From the NCBI GenBank assembly GCA_020854105.1, contig JADZGB010000010.1:149518-213517 (forward strand): a stretch of 64,000 bases of DNA, given 5' to 3'. Made by a program: the position numbers and the translations under genes. Below are positions 1 through 13,791 of this stretch, piece by piece. This DNA is from Burkholderiales bacterium (GTDB lineage: Bacteria; Pseudomonadota; Gammaproteobacteria; Burkholderiales; SHXO01). The notes under the pieces are model-generated. The model saw only the letters and a list, made by a program, of their open reading frames with translations. It was not told the DNA's origin and did not search any database. How positions within the stretch are numbered: position 1 is the first letter of the stretch; every line of letters starts with the position of its first letter.

Positions 1-251
1 AGAACTGCGTGCTGATCGTGGCCAATCTCGACGTGCACCATGCGCAGTCGGGCTGGCTGGAGCTGGATCTGGACGCACTCGGCGTGGAGCCCGCGCGTGC
101 GTTCCAGGCGCACGATCTGCTCTCCGGTGCGCGCTTCCTGTGGCAGGGCAGTCGCAACTACGTCGCGCTGGATCCGACGCAGGGGCCGGCGCACGTGCTG
201 CGCGTGCGCCGCCGCGTGCGGCGCGAGCACGACTTCGACTACTTCCTATGA
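1..251 (+). CDS. glgE: C-terminal end of a GlgE-like alpha-1,4-glucan:maltose-1-phosphate maltosyltransferase (5' part lies outside the window)
   Basis: The frame is open from the window edge to TGA 249-251. The tail ...NLDVHHAQSGWLELDLDALG...RNYVALDP..GPAHVLRVRR matches GlgE C-termini as I remember them. It sits directly upstream of treS/pep2, as in GlgE-pathway operons. Confidence 0.6.
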   Translation, partial: NCVLIVANLDVHHAQSGWLELDLDALGVEPARAFQAHDLLSGARFLWQGSRNYVALDPTQGPAHVLRVRRRVRREHDFDYFL

Positions 252-351
252 CCACGATCGAGGCGTTCGACGCGCGGGCCGGACGGGGAGCGGCGCAGGC
301 CGTTTCCTGCCCGGTTCGCAACGCGCGCCCCGGCGCTGCCCGAGGCTGACC

Positions 352-3681
<3,330 letters not shown>

Positions 3682-3720
3682 GCACGCCGCATCCTGGCGC
3701 GACCTGACACGGAGGGTCCG

Positions 3721-4413
3721 ATGGACAGAGTGGACGTCTTTCTCGAGCCGGTGCGCGCCTTCCTGGTGCAGATCGGCGCCTATCTGCCGCGCCTCGGCAT
3801 GGCACTTCTCATCGTGCTGGCGGGATGGCTGCTGGCGAAGGCCCTACGCTTCGCGGTGCAGCGCGCGCTGCGCGCGATCAACTTCGACGTCCTGACGCGT
3901 CGCGCCGGCATCGACGGCTTTCTCGAGCAGGGCGGGGTCGAGGGCGACACGGCCGACCTGCTGGCCTGGCTGTCCTACTGGATCGCCATCGTGCTGTCGC
4001 TGGTGATCGCCTTCAACGGACTGGGGCTGGGCACCATCACGGAGCTGCTCGGCCGGGTGCTGGCCTTCCTGCCGCGCGTGGCGCTGGCCATCGTGGTGCT
4101 CGCCATCGGCCTGTATTTCGCGCGCTTCGTCGGCGGTACGCTCACCGTGTACCTGCGCAATGCGCAGATCCAGGACGCCGACCTGCTCGGCCGGCTGGCG
4201 CAGTACGCGGTGGTGGTGTTCGTGGTGCTGGTGGGCCTGGACGTGCTCGATGTCGGTGGCGGCATCGTGCGCCTCACCTTCCTGATCCTGCTCGGCGGCG
4301 TGGTGCTGGCCTTCGCACTCGCCTTCGGCCTGGGCGGACAGCGCTGGGCAGGCGCGCTGCTGGAGAGATGGTGGCCCACCGGACGCAGGGAGGATCGCGA
4401 TGAGCAGCCATGA
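3721..4413 (+). CDS. Integral membrane protein of the conserved-TM-helix repeat (MscS-associated TM_helix-like) type
   Basis: 230-aa ORF with several hydrophobic helices (LGMALLIVLAGWLLAKAL, WIAIVLSLVIAF, ALAIVVLAIGLYFARF, AVVVFVVLVGL, FLILLGGVVLAFALAFGLG) and high GC3. Confidence 0.55.
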   Translation: MDRVDVFLEPVRAFLVQIGAYLPRLGMALLIVLAGWLLAKALRFAVQRALRAINFDVLTRRAGIDGFLEQGGVEGDTADLLAWLSYWIAIVLSLVIAFNGLGLGTITELLGRVLAFLPRVALAIVVLAIGLYFARFVGGTLTVYLRNAQIQDADLLGRLAQYAVVVFVVLVGLDVLDVGGGIVRLTFLILLGGVVLAFALAFGLGGQRWAGALLERWWPTGRREDRDEQP

Positions 4414-4726
4414 CTCCACCAACGTGCTGGCGATGGTGCCGGCCGGTGGCGAAGGCAGCCGCCTGGCGCCGCTCACCGCGGAGCGCTCCAAGGCGGTGAT
4501 CGCGGCGGACGTCGAGGTCGGCGAATGCATCGTCATGGACCACACGCTGATCGGACGGGGCGCGCGTCTGCGCCGCGTCATCGTGGACCGCTTCAACGTG
4601 GTCCCGCCCGGAACCGCCATCGGCTTCGACCCGAAGCAGGACCGCGCCCGGTGGTTCACCACCGGCTCCGGGATCGTCGTGCTGCCCAAGGGCTCCTACA
4701 TGCCGCAGAGCACACGCTTCCACTGA
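4400..4726 (+). pseudogene. glgC: Internally deleted relic of glucose-1-phosphate adenylyltransferase
   Basis: The 108-aa ORF joins the GlgC N-terminal nucleotide-binding motif (VLAMVPAGGEGSRLAPLTAERSKAV) directly to the C-terminal left-handed beta-helix end (LIGRGARLRRVIVDRFNVVPPGTAIGFDPKQDRARWFTTGSGIVVLPKG). The ~300 residues normally between them are absent. Confidence 0.75.
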
Positions 4727-4750
4727 GAGACTCCACTCGGGGGGATCCAC

Positions 4751-6883
4751 TTGGCCGCACCGATCAATGCAGTCTGGCCCGGCTCTCCGTATCCGCGCGG
4801 TGCCACCTGGGACGGCGAAGGCGTCAACTTCTCGCTGTTCTCGGCGCATGCGGACAAGGTGGAGCTGTGTGTCTTCGATCCGTCCGGCCGCCGCGAACTG
4901 CAGCGCATCGAACTGCGCGAGCGCACCGAGCAGATCTGGCACTGCTATCTGCCGGAGGCGCGTCCGGGCCTGCTCTACGGCTACCGGGTGCACGGGCCCT
5001 ACCGACCCGAGGAAGGCCATCGCTTCAATCCCCACAAGCTGCTCATCGAGCCCTACGCCAAGCATCTGCAGGGCACGTTGAAATGGAGCGATGCGCATTT
5101 CGGCTACCGCATCGGCTCGCGGCGCGAGGATCTCTCCATGGACCGGCGCGACAATGCCGCCGGCGTGCCCAAGTGCCGGGTCGTCGACCCGGCGTTCACC
5201 TGGGGCAACGACCGGCCGCCGCGCATCCCCTGGCACGACACGGTCATCTACGAGTTGCACGTGCGCGGTTTCACCATGCGCCATCCCCTGGTTCCCGAGC
5301 CGCTGCGCGGCACCTACGCCGGGCTGGCGACGGCGCCGGTGATCGATCACCTACAGCGCCTGGGCATCACCACGGTCGAGCTGATGCCGGTGCACAGCTT
5401 CATCGACGACCGTCACCTGGTCGAGCGCGGGCTGCGCAACTACTGGGGCTACAACTCCATCGGCTTCTTCGCACCGGATACGCGCTATTCCGCCACCGGC
5501 CGCATCAGCGAGTTCAAGACGATGGTCAAGACGCTGCACTCGGCGGGGCTGGAAGTGATCCTGGACGTGGTCTACAACCACACGGCCGAGGGCAACCAGA
5601 TGGGGCCCACGCTGTGCTTCCGCGGCGTGGACAACGCCTCCTACTACCGCCTGTCGCCGGACAACGCGCGCTACTACATGGATTTCACCGGCACCGGCAA
5701 CACGCTCAACCTCACCCATCCGCGCGTGCTGCAGCTGATCATGGATTCCCTGCGCTACTGGGTGCAGGAGATGCACGTGGATGGCTTCCGCTTCGATCTT
5801 GCCTCGGCCCTGGCACGCGAGCTCTACGACGTGGACCGGCTGGGCACCTTTTTCGACGTCATCTCGCAGGATCCGGTGCTCTCGCAGGTCAAGCTGATCG
5901 CCGAGCCCTGGGACGTGGGCGCGGGCGGCTACCAGGTCGGCAACTTCCCGCCGGGCTGGGCGGAGTGGAACGACAAGTACCGCGACACCCTGCGGGCGTA
6001 CTGGAAGGGCGACGGCGGGCTGATCGGCGAGTTCGCGCGCCGGCTCACCGGCTCCAGCGACCTGTACGAGGGCAGCGGACGCACGCCCTTCGCCAGCATC
6101 AACTTCGTCACCGCCCACGACGGGTTCACCCTGCGCGACCTGGTGAGCTACAACGACAAGCACAACGAGGCCAACGGCGAGGACAACCGCGACGGCCACA
6201 CGCACAACCTGTCGTGGAACTGCGGTGTCGAGGGCCCGACCGAGGATGGCGCCGTGATCGAGCTGCGCGAACGCCAGACCCGCAATTTCATCGCCACGCT
6301 GATGCTCTCGCAGGGCGTGCCCATGCTGCTCGCAGGCGACGAGTTCGGCCGCAGCCAGGGCGGCAACAACAACGCCTATTGCCAGGACAACGAGATCTCC
6401 TGGCTGGACTGGGAGGCAGCCACCCGGCATCCCGAGCTGGTGCGCTTCGTCCAGCGCATGATCCGCGTGCGCCGCGAGCACCCGGTGTTCCGCCGGCGCC
6501 GCTACTTCCAGGGCCGGCCGATCCGCGGCGGGGTGAAGGACATCCTCTGGCTCGACCCCGACGGGGTCGAGATGACCGACCACGAGTGGAGCCAGGAGTT
6601 CGCGCGCAGCATGGCGCTCTACCTGGCCGGCGATTCCCTGCTGGAGACCGACCGCCGCGGGCATGCCCTGCACGACGACAACATCCTGCTGCTGCTCAAC
6701 GCGCACCACGACGCCATCGACTTCATGCTGCCCGCGCTCCACGAGCGTTCGGCATGGCAGGTGCTCGTCGATACCTCCTTCCAACGCGGACTCACCGTCG
6801 ACGGCAGGTTCAACAGCGACGTGCGCTATGCGCTGCACGGCCGCTCGCTGGCATTGCTGATCGAACTGACCGCCGGGCAATGA
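4751..6883 (+). CDS. glgX: Glycogen debranching enzyme GlgX (TTG start)
   Basis: 710 aa with [79 protein letters not shown] and [10 protein letters not shown] motifs. Confidence 0.9.
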   Translation: MAAPINAVWPGSPYPRGATWDGEGVNFSLFSAHADKVELCVFDPSGRRELQRIELRERTEQIWHCYLPEARPGLLYGYRVHGPYRPEEGHRFNPHKLLIEPYAKHLQGTLKWSDAHFGYRIGSRREDLSMDRRDNAAGVPKCRVVDPAFTWGNDRPPRIPWHDTVIYELHVRGFTMRHPLVPEPLRGTYAGLATAPVIDHLQRLGITTVELMPVHSFIDDRHLVERGLRNYWGYNSIGFFAPDTRYSATGRISEFKTMVKTLHSAGLEVILDVVYNHTAEGNQMGPTLCFRGVDNASYYRLSPDNARYYMDFTGTGNTLNLTHPRVLQLIMDSLRYWVQEMHVDGFRFDLASALARELYDVDRLGTFFDVISQDPVLSQVKLIAEPWDVGAGGYQVGNFPPGWAEWNDKYRDTLRAYWKGDGGLIGEFARRLTGSSDLYEGSGRTPFASINFVTAHDGFTLRDLVSYNDKHNEANGEDNRDGHTHNLSWNCGVEGPTEDGAVIELRERQTRNFIATLMLSQGVPMLLAGDEFGRSQGGNNNAYCQDNEISWLDWEAATRHPELVRFVQRMIRVRREHPVFRRRRYFQGRPIRGGVKDILWLDPDGVEMTDHEWSQEFARSMALYLAGDSLLETDRRGHALHDDNILLLLNAHHDAIDFMLPALHERSAWQVLVDTSFQRGLTVDGRFNSDVRYALHGRSLALLIELTAGQ

Positions 6884-8730
6884 AGCGATTCCACCCGATG
6901 CCCTTCGGCGCGCAGGCGCTGGAGAACGGCGCCACGCGCTTCCGCCTGTGGGCGCCGACGGCCAGCCGCGCCGAGCTGCTGTGCAGCGCACCGCAGGGCG
7001 TGCGCCGCCTCGACATGGCGCGCGATGCCGACGGCTGGTGCGAGCGAACCGTCGAGGGCGTCGGTCACGGCGATCTCTACCGCTTCCTCGTCGACGGACG
7101 GCTGGAGGTACCGGACCCGGCGTCGCGCTTCAATCCGCACGACGTGCAGGGGCCGAGCATGGTGGTGGATCCGGCGCGCTTCGAGTGGTCCGATACCGAA
7201 TGGCACGGGCGGCCGTGGCACGAGGCCGTGCTCTACGAGGTGCACGTGGGCACGTTCACCGGCGAGGGCACGTTCGGTGCGCTGCAGGACCGCCTCGGCC
7301 ATCTGGTCGAACTGGGCGTGACCGCGCTGGAGTTGATGCCCGTCGCCGACTTTCCCGGCACGCGCAACTGGGGCTACGACGGCGTGCTGCCGTTCGCACC
7401 GGATGCGCGCTACGGCACGCCGGAGGACCTCAAGCGCCTGGTCGACGCCGCGCACCGGCACGGCCTGATGGTGCTGCTCGACGTGGTCTACAACCACTTC
7501 GGGCCCGAGGGCAACTACCTGCACGCCTACGCCGCGGACTTCTTCAGCGAGCGCCACCGCACGCCGTGGGGATCGGCAATCAACTTCGACGGGCCGGGCA
7601 GCCGCACGGTGCGCGACTTCTACCTGCACAACGTCATGTACTGGCTGGAGGAGTACCGCTTCGACGGCCTGCGCTTCGATGCGGCGCACGCCATCGCCGA
7701 CGATTCGCAGCCGGGCATTCTCGAGGAGATCGCCCAGGCCGTGCGCACGCGCTTCGGCAGCGCACGGCACGTGCATCTGATCCTCGAGGACGACCGCAAC
7801 AGCGCGCACCTGCTCGGCCATGCCGCACGCCGGCCCGCCGCGTTCGACGCGCAGTGGAACGACGACGTGCATCACTGCCTGCACGCGGCCATCACGGGCG
7901 AGCACGACGGCTACTACCGCGACTACGTCGACGCCGGGGATGACTTCCACACTGCGCGCCTGCTCGCGCGCGCCCTGGCCGAGGGTTTCGCGTGGCAGGG
8001 CGAGCCCTCGCCCTCCCGCGGCGGCGAGCTGCGCGGCGAACCGAGCGCGCACCTGCCGCCCACCGCCTTCGTGGACTTCCTGCAGAACCACGACCAGACC
8101 GGCAACCGCGCGCTGGGCGACCGCATCGGCCGCCTGGCACCGGCGCCGGCACTGCGCGCCGCCGTGTCGATCCTGCTGCTCAGCCCGCACGTGCCCCTGC
8201 TGTTCATGGGCGAGGAGTGGAACGCCCCGGAACCCTTCCTGTTCTTCTGCGAGTTCGATCCCGAGCTGGCGGCCAAGGTGCGCGAGGGCCGGCGCCGGGA
8301 ATTCGCCGACTTCCAGCGCTTCCACGATCCCGAGGCACGCCTGCTCATCCCCGATCCCTGCGATCCGGCCACCTTCGAGCGCTCGCGCCTCGATCTCGCC
8401 ATGGCGCAGCACGAGCCGCACCGCGGCTGGCTCGCGCTGTACCGGCATCTGCTCGGGCTGCGCCATCGCGAGATCATCCCGCGCCTGCCGGGATGCCGCT
8501 CGCTCGAGGGCGGGGTCGGCACGCACGGCGAGATCTGCGTGCGCTGGCACATGGGCGACGGCGCCGTGCTGCGCCTTCTCGCCAATCTCGGCCCGACGTC
8601 CACCACACGGCCGATGCACACCGGCGGACGGCTGCTCTACACCACCCACCCCGAATTCGGGGCGGCGCACACGGGAAGTGCGCTGGCGCCCTGGTGCGTG
8701 GTGTGGTCGCTGGGCAGCGCCCATGGATGA
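6880..8730 (+). CDS. treZ: Malto-oligosyltrehalose trehalohydrolase
   Basis: The ATG overlaps the glgX stop (ATGA). Motifs: [87 protein letters not shown]. Confidence 0.9.
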   Translation: MKRFHPMPFGAQALENGATRFRLWAPTASRAELLCSAPQGVRRLDMARDADGWCERTVEGVGHGDLYRFLVDGRLEVPDPASRFNPHDVQGPSMVVDPARFEWSDTEWHGRPWHEAVLYEVHVGTFTGEGTFGALQDRLGHLVELGVTALELMPVADFPGTRNWGYDGVLPFAPDARYGTPEDLKRLVDAAHRHGLMVLLDVVYNHFGPEGNYLHAYAADFFSERHRTPWGSAINFDGPGSRTVRDFYLHNVMYWLEEYRFDGLRFDAAHAIADDSQPGILEEIAQAVRTRFGSARHVHLILEDDRNSAHLLGHAARRPAAFDAQWNDDVHHCLHAAITGEHDGYYRDYVDAGDDFHTARLLARALAEGFAWQGEPSPSRGGELRGEPSAHLPPTAFVDFLQNHDQTGNRALGDRIGRLAPAPALRAAVSILLLSPHVPLLFMGEEWNAPEPFLFFCEFDPELAAKVREGRRREFADFQRFHDPEARLLIPDPCDPATFERSRLDLAMAQHEPHRGWLALYRHLLGLRHREIIPRLPGCRSLEGGVGTHGEICVRWHMGDGAVLRLLANLGPTSTTRPMHTGGRLLYTTHPEFGAAHTGSALAPWCVVWSLGSAHG

Positions 8731-11700
8731 AGCGGCCGCGCTGGAAGCGCTGGCCGCCCGGCACGGCCTTGCAGCGGGCTTTCACGACATCTGGGGCGAA
8801 TGGCACGCGGCCTCCGCGCAGACGCTGCGCGCGCTGATCGGCTGCATGCGCAGCGAATCCGATCCCACGCCGGGGCTGCTGCCGCGCATCGTCGTGCGCC
8901 GTGGCGGCCAGACGGGCGAGCCGCTGGTGCTGCGCCTGCCGGGCGCGCTCACGCAGGCGGGACTGGAACTGCAGGTACAGGCGCAGGACGGGACGCAGCG
9001 GCGCGAGCCGCTGCGCGCAGCGGGCGCCGCGGCAGGCGAGGATGCGCAGGTCGAGCACCGCGTGCTGTTGCCCGATCTGGCGCCCGGCTATCACCGCCTG
9101 CGTCTGATGCAGGGCACCACCGCATTGTCCGACAGCGTGCTGGCCGTCACGCCCGAGCGCTGCTTCGAGCCGGCTGCGCTTGCCGGCCAGGGCCGCGTGT
9201 GGGGACCGTCGGTACAGCTCTACAGCGTGCGCTCCGAGCGCAACTGGGGCATCGGCGATTTCACCGACCTGGGCGTGCTGCTGGAACAGTGGGCGGCGCG
9301 CGGGGCGAACGTCGTCGCACTCAACCCGCTGCACGCCCTGTTCCTCGACCGCCCCGAGCAGGCCAGTCCCTATAGTCCCTCCAGCCGGCTGTTTCTCAAC
9401 GTGCTCTATCTGGACGTCGAGCGCATCGAGGACATGCGCGAGTGCGAACGGGCACGCGCGCTGGTGCACTCCCCCGGATTCCAGGCCGAACTGCAGCGTC
9501 TGCGCGGCGTGGAACTGGTCGACTATCCGGCCGTGGCAACGCTCAAGCTGCAGGTCCTGGCGCTGCTGCACGAGAGCTTCCGCGCGCTCCACGCGCACGC
9601 TGCGGACGCGCGCGGGCGCGGCTTCGCCCGCTTCGTCGAGGAAGGCGGCGAGGCCCTCGCCCGCCACGCGCTGTGGGAGGCACTGCAGGAACACATGCGC
9701 CGCGAACACCCTGGCGCATGGGGCTGGCCGGCGTGGCCGGAGGTCTGGCACGATCCGTCCTCTCCCGAGGTCGCGCGCTTCCGCGCCGAGCACGGCGTGC
9801 GCATCCAGTTCTTCGAGTACCTGCAGTGGCAGGCGGACGTGCAGCTGGGCGAGGCGGCCGCGCGCGCCCAGGCGCTGGGACTGGGCGTGGGGCTGTACGG
9901 CGATCTGGCCGTGTCCGTAGACCGCGGCGGCAGCGAGGCGTGGGCGCACCAGGATCTGTACGCACTCGATGCGAGCGTCGGCGCGCCGCCGGATGCGTTC
10001 AACTCGAACGGGCAGAACTGGGGGCTGCCGCCGCCGATCCCGGCGCGCCTGCGCGCGCATGCCTACGCACCCTTCATCGCGGTGCTGCGCCGCTGCATGC
10101 GGCACATGGGCGCGCTGCGCATCGATCACGTCATGGCACTGATGCGCCTGTACTGGATCGCACCGGGCGGGGACGCGCGCGAGGGCGCCTACGTGCACTA
10201 TCCGCTGGAGGACCTGCTCGGCCTGCTGGCGCTGGAGAGCCAGCACCAGCGCTGCATGGTGGTGGGCGAGGACCTGGGTACGGTGCCGCAGGCGCTGCGC
10301 GAGAGGCTCGCTGCCCTCGGCGTGCTGTCCTATCGCCTGCTTCTGTTCGAGCGCGACGCCAACGGCTTCTTCGATCCGCCATCGGCCTATCCTGCGCAGG
10401 CGCTGGTGGCCGCGTCCACCCACGACCTGCCGACACTGGCGGGCTACTGGGAAGGCCGGGACGTGATGGTGCGCGATGCGCTCGGCCTGTTCCCGACACG
10501 GCAGGCACGCGAGGAAGAGGTGGTGGCGCGGGCGCAGGCACGCGCGCGGCTGCTCCTGCTGCTGGAGCGCGAGGGCCTGCTGCCGCCCGGCGCGACGGTG
10601 GACCCGCAGTCGCTGCCGGAGATGACACCGGCGCTCTCGCTCGCGCTGCACTCGCTGCTGGCGCGCACGCCCTCCCAGGTGCTGCTGGTGCAGATGGAGG
10701 ACGTGCTGGGCATGCGCGAGCAGATGAATCTGCCCGGAACCACCGACCGGTATCCGAACTGGCGCCGGCGCCTTACGCTCGTGCTGGAGCACTGGCCCGG
10801 GGACGAGCGCTTCGTGGCGCTGTGCGAGCGCCTGCACGCGCTGCGCGGCGCAGCGCCGCAGCCGCTGCCGCGCACGGGCGCGCAGACAGCCGCGGTCATC
10901 CCGCGCGCGACCTATCGCCTGCAGCTCAACCAGGCTTTCACCCTGCGCCAGGCGAGCGCGCTGGTGCCCTACCTGGCGCGGCTGGGCGTGAGCCACGTCT
11001 ACTGCTCGCCCTACCTGCGCGCGCGCCCTGGCAGCACGCACGGCTACGACATCGTGAATCACGACGCGCTCAATCCGGAGATCGCGCAGGAAGCCGACCT
11101 GGAACACTTCGTCGCCACCCTGCGCGCGCACGGCATGGGCCAGATCATCGATATCGTGCCGAATCACATGGGCGTGATGGGTGCAGACAACGCCTGGTGG
11201 CTGGACGTGCTGGAGAACGGCCAGGCCTCGCTGCACGCGCAGTTCTTCGACATCGACTGGGATCCCCTGGACGGCGTGCTCGCCGGCCGCGTGCTGCTGC
11301 CGGTGCTGGACGATCACTACGGGCTGGTGCTCGAACGCGGGGAACTGCGGCTCGGCTTCGAAGCGCAGGAGGGCGGCTTCAGTGTCTGGTACTGGCAGCA
11401 CCGCTTCCCCGTGGACCCGCGCTGCTATCCCGACATCCTGGAGTGCGCGCTGCGCCTCGCACCGGCGCAGGCCCTCGCTGCCGACGCGCGCGCGCAGACG
11501 CAGAGCCTGATGGCCGCGCTGTCCCACCTGCCCGCACACGACGCGACCGACCCGGGCGCACGTATCGAGCGCGCTCGCGACAAGAACGTGCACAAGCGCC
11601 GGCTCGCGGAACTCGCAGCCGCACACGCGGCCCTCGCCCAAGGCGTGCAGTCCGCGCTGCGCGCATTCAACGGCAATCCCGGAGAGCCTTCCAGCTTCGA

Positions 11701-13747
11701 CGCGCTGCACGCCCTGCTCGAGCGCCAGGCCTGGCGCCTTGCCTACTGGCGCGTGGCCTCCGACGAGATCAACTATCGCCGCTTCTTCGACATCAATGAC
11801 CTCGCCGGACTGCGCGTCGAACAGGAGCCCGTGTTCGAGGCCACGCACGCACGCGTGCTGGAGCTGGCCGCGCAGGGAAAGGTGGACGGGCTGCGCATCG
11901 ATCACCCGGACGGACTGTACGATCCGGCCGGGTACTTCCGGCAGCTGCAGGATCGTGTCGCCGCCGTGCGCGGCGTGCCGGCAGGCGAGGACGCACGTCC
12001 GGTCTATCTGCTGGTGGAGAAGATCACCGCCGCCCACGAGCAGCTTCCCCGCACGTGGGCGGTGCACGGCACCACCGGCTACCGCTTCGCCAACGTGGTC
12101 AACGGACTGTTCGTGGATGCCCGCGCACGTTCGCGCATCGAGCGCAGCTATCGCGGCTTCACCGGTGATGCAGCCGGCTGGGAGGAGACGGCCTACCAGG
12201 CGAAGCGCCTGATCATGCGCACCGCACTGGCCAGCGAACTCAACGTGCTGGCAACGCGGCTGCTGCGCATCGCGCACGCGGACCGCCGCACACGCGACTT
12301 CACCCTGAGCGCGCTGCGCCAGGCACTGGTCGAGGTGGTGGCCTGCTTCCCGGTCTACCGCACCTACGTGCGCAGCCGCGCCGGCCCGGCGGACAAGCGC
12401 ACCATCGACTGGGCAATCGGTCGCGCGCGCAAGCACGCCCAGGCCGCCGACACCAGCGTGTTCGATCTGCTGCATTCGGTGCTGATCGCGCAGCCGTCCC
12501 CCCGGGCTCCCGCCGGCATGGCCGAGAGGATGCTGGCCTTCACCGGCAGGTTCCAGCAGTTCACCGCGCCGGTCGCTGCCAAGGGCGTGGAAGACACCGC
12601 GTTCTACCGCCACGTGCCGCTGCTCTCGCTCAACGAGGTGGGCGGCAGCCCGGGACGCTTCGGCATCTCCCTGAACGCATTCCACCGTGCGAACCAGGTG
12701 CGCCGGCGCGACTGGCCCCACACCATGCTGGCCACCTCGACGCACGACACCAAGCGTTCTGAGGACGTGCGTGCACGCATCGACGTGCTCTCCGAGATGC
12801 CGGGCGTGTGGCGCCTGGCCCTGCGCCGCTGGGCACGCATCAACCGCAGCCGCAAGCGCGAGGTCGACGGCCGCGAAGCCCCTTCGCGCAAGGACGAATA
12901 CCTGCTGTACCAGACGCTGATCGGCAGCTTCCCCGGCCTTGACGTAAACGGCGTCGACGTGGACGACACCGCCCTGGAGGTCTATCGCATCCGCATCGTG
13001 CAGTACATGCTCAAGGCAGTGCGCGAGGCCAAGCTCGAATCGAGCTGGATCAACGTCAACCTGGCCTACGAGGAGGCGCTGACCGCGTTCGTCGAGGCCC
13101 TGCTCGGCCACCGGGAAGGCAATCTCTTCCTCGACGACTTCCTTCCTCTGCAGCAGCGCGTGGCCCGCGCGGGCGCACTGAACAGCCTCGCCCAGACGGT
13201 GATCAAGTTCACCGTTCCGGGCGTGCCGGACATCTATCGCGGAACGGAGAGCTTCGACCTTTCCCTGGTGGACCCCGACAACCGCCGGCCCGTGGAGTAC
13301 GAGCGGCTGGCGGCGATGCTGGCGCGCATCGGGGACGATGCCGCCGGTCCGCCAGGGGGCGTGTGCCCGAAGCTGTTCGTCACGCAGCGGCTGCTGGGAC
13401 TGCGACGCGCGCGCGAGGCGCTGTTGCGCGACGGCGATTACCTCGCGCTCGCCAGCGAAGGAGAGCACGCGCATCGATTGTGCGCCTTCGCACGCCGCCT
13501 GGACGTGGACTGGCTGATCGTGATCGTGCCGCGCCTTGCCTCGGCGCTGCTCGAGGAGGCGCAGGAGCGTCCCGCGCCACAGGCGTGGGGCGACACCTGC
13601 ATCCTGCTCGATCCGCTGCCGGCGCACGCGCTGCGCGATCTGTTCACCGGCCGGCGCTTCGCGGCCGGCGCCACCGCACGGCGCCTGCCCGTGCGCGATC
13701 TGCTGGCCGGCTTTGCCGTCAGCGTGCTGGTGCCCGACCCCGGGTAA
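8723..13747 (+). CDS. malQ-treY: Single ORF fusing 4-alpha-glucanotransferase (MalQ) to malto-oligosyltrehalose synthase (TreY)
   Basis: ATG 8723 overlaps the treZ end. The MalQ part carries WGPSVQLYSVRSERNWGIGDFTDL, RIDHVMAL and TDRYPNWRRRL. There is no stop or start codon before the TreY part (ATYRLQLNQAFTLRQASALVPYLARLGVSHVYCSPYLRARPGSTHGYD, IVPNHMGV, GLRIDHPDGL, STHDTKRSEDVRARI). Confidence 0.85.
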   Translation: MDEAAALEALAARHGLAAGFHDIWGEWHAASAQTLRALIGCMRSESDPTPGLLPRIVVRRGGQTGEPLVLRLPGALTQAGLELQVQAQDGTQRREPLRAAGAAAGEDAQVEHRVLLPDLAPGYHRLRLMQGTTALSDSVLAVTPERCFEPAALAGQGRVWGPSVQLYSVRSERNWGIGDFTDLGVLLEQWAARGANVVALNPLHALFLDRPEQASPYSPSSRLFLNVLYLDVERIEDMRECERARALVHSPGFQAELQRLRGVELVDYPAVATLKLQVLALLHESFRALHAHAADARGRGFARFVEEGGEALARHALWEALQEHMRREHPGAWGWPAWPEVWHDPSSPEVARFRAEHGVRIQFFEYLQWQADVQLGEAAARAQALGLGVGLYGDLAVSVDRGGSEAWAHQDLYALDASVGAPPDAFNSNGQNWGLPPPIPARLRAHAYAPFIAVLRRCMRHMGALRIDHVMALMRLYWIAPGGDAREGAYVHYPLEDLLGLLALESQHQRCMVVGEDLGTVPQALRERLAALGVLSYRLLLFERDANGFFDPPSAYPAQALVAASTHDLPTLAGYWEGRDVMVRDALGLFPTRQAREEEVVARAQARARLLLLLEREGLLPPGATVDPQSLPEMTPALSLALHSLLARTPSQVLLVQMEDVLGMREQMNLPGTTDRYPNWRRRLTLVLEHWPGDERFVALCERLHALRGAAPQPLPRTGAQTAAVIPRATYRLQLNQAFTLRQASALVPYLARLGVSHVYCSPYLRARPGSTHGYDIVNHDALNPEIAQEADLEHFVATLRAHGMGQIIDIVPNHMGVMGADNAWWLDVLENGQASLHAQFFDIDWDPLDGVLAGRVLLPVLDDHYGLVLERGELRLGFEAQEGGFSVWYWQHRFPVDPRCYPDILECALRLAPAQALAADARAQTQSLMAALSHLPAHDATDPGARIERARDKNVHKRRLAELAAAHAALAQGVQSALRAFNGNPGEPSSFDALHALLERQAWRLAYWRVASDEINYRRFFDINDLAGLRVEQEPVFEATHARVLELAAQGKVDGLRIDHPDGLYDPAGYFRQLQDRVAAVRGVPAGEDARPVYLLVEKITAAHEQLPRTWAVHGTTGYRFANVVNGLFVDARARSRIERSYRGFTGDAAGWEETAYQAKRLIMRTALASELNVLATRLLRIAHADRRTRDFTLSALRQALVEVVACFPVYRTYVRSRAGPADKRTIDWAIGRARKHAQAADTSVFDLLHSVLIAQPSPRAPAGMAERMLAFTGRFQQFTAPVAAKGVEDTAFYRHVPLLSLNEVGGSPGRFGISLNAFHRANQVRRRDWPHTMLATSTHDTKRSEDVRARIDVLSEMPGVWRLALRRWARINRSRKREVDGREAPSRKDEYLLYQTLIGSFPGLDVNGVDVDDTALEVYRIRIVQYMLKAVREAKLESSWINVNLAYEEALTAFVEALLGHREGNLFLDDFLPLQQRVARAGALNSLAQTVIKFTVPGVPDIYRGTESFDLSLVDPDNRRPVEYERLAAMLARIGDDAAGPPGGVCPKLFVTQRLLGLRRAREALLRDGDYLALASEGEHAHRLCAFARRLDVDWLIVIVPRLASALLEEAQERPAPQAWGDTCILLDPLPAHALRDLFTGRRFAAGATARRLPVRDLLAGFAVSVLVPDPG

Positions 13748-13791
13748 GCTCTCACACTCGTTCATCCGTTCTGCTGTCAGGAGTTCTGTCC

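Noticed and set aside
40-351. N-terminal extension of the treS ORF (start at 40) and other maximal-ORF starts, for example 26663..27949, 31930..32994, 30156..30974 and 42956..43654.
   Set aside because: The extended parts are compositionally non-coding or overlap upstream genes or repeat elements. Internal ATGs with SD sequences and family-typical N-termini or signal peptides fit better.
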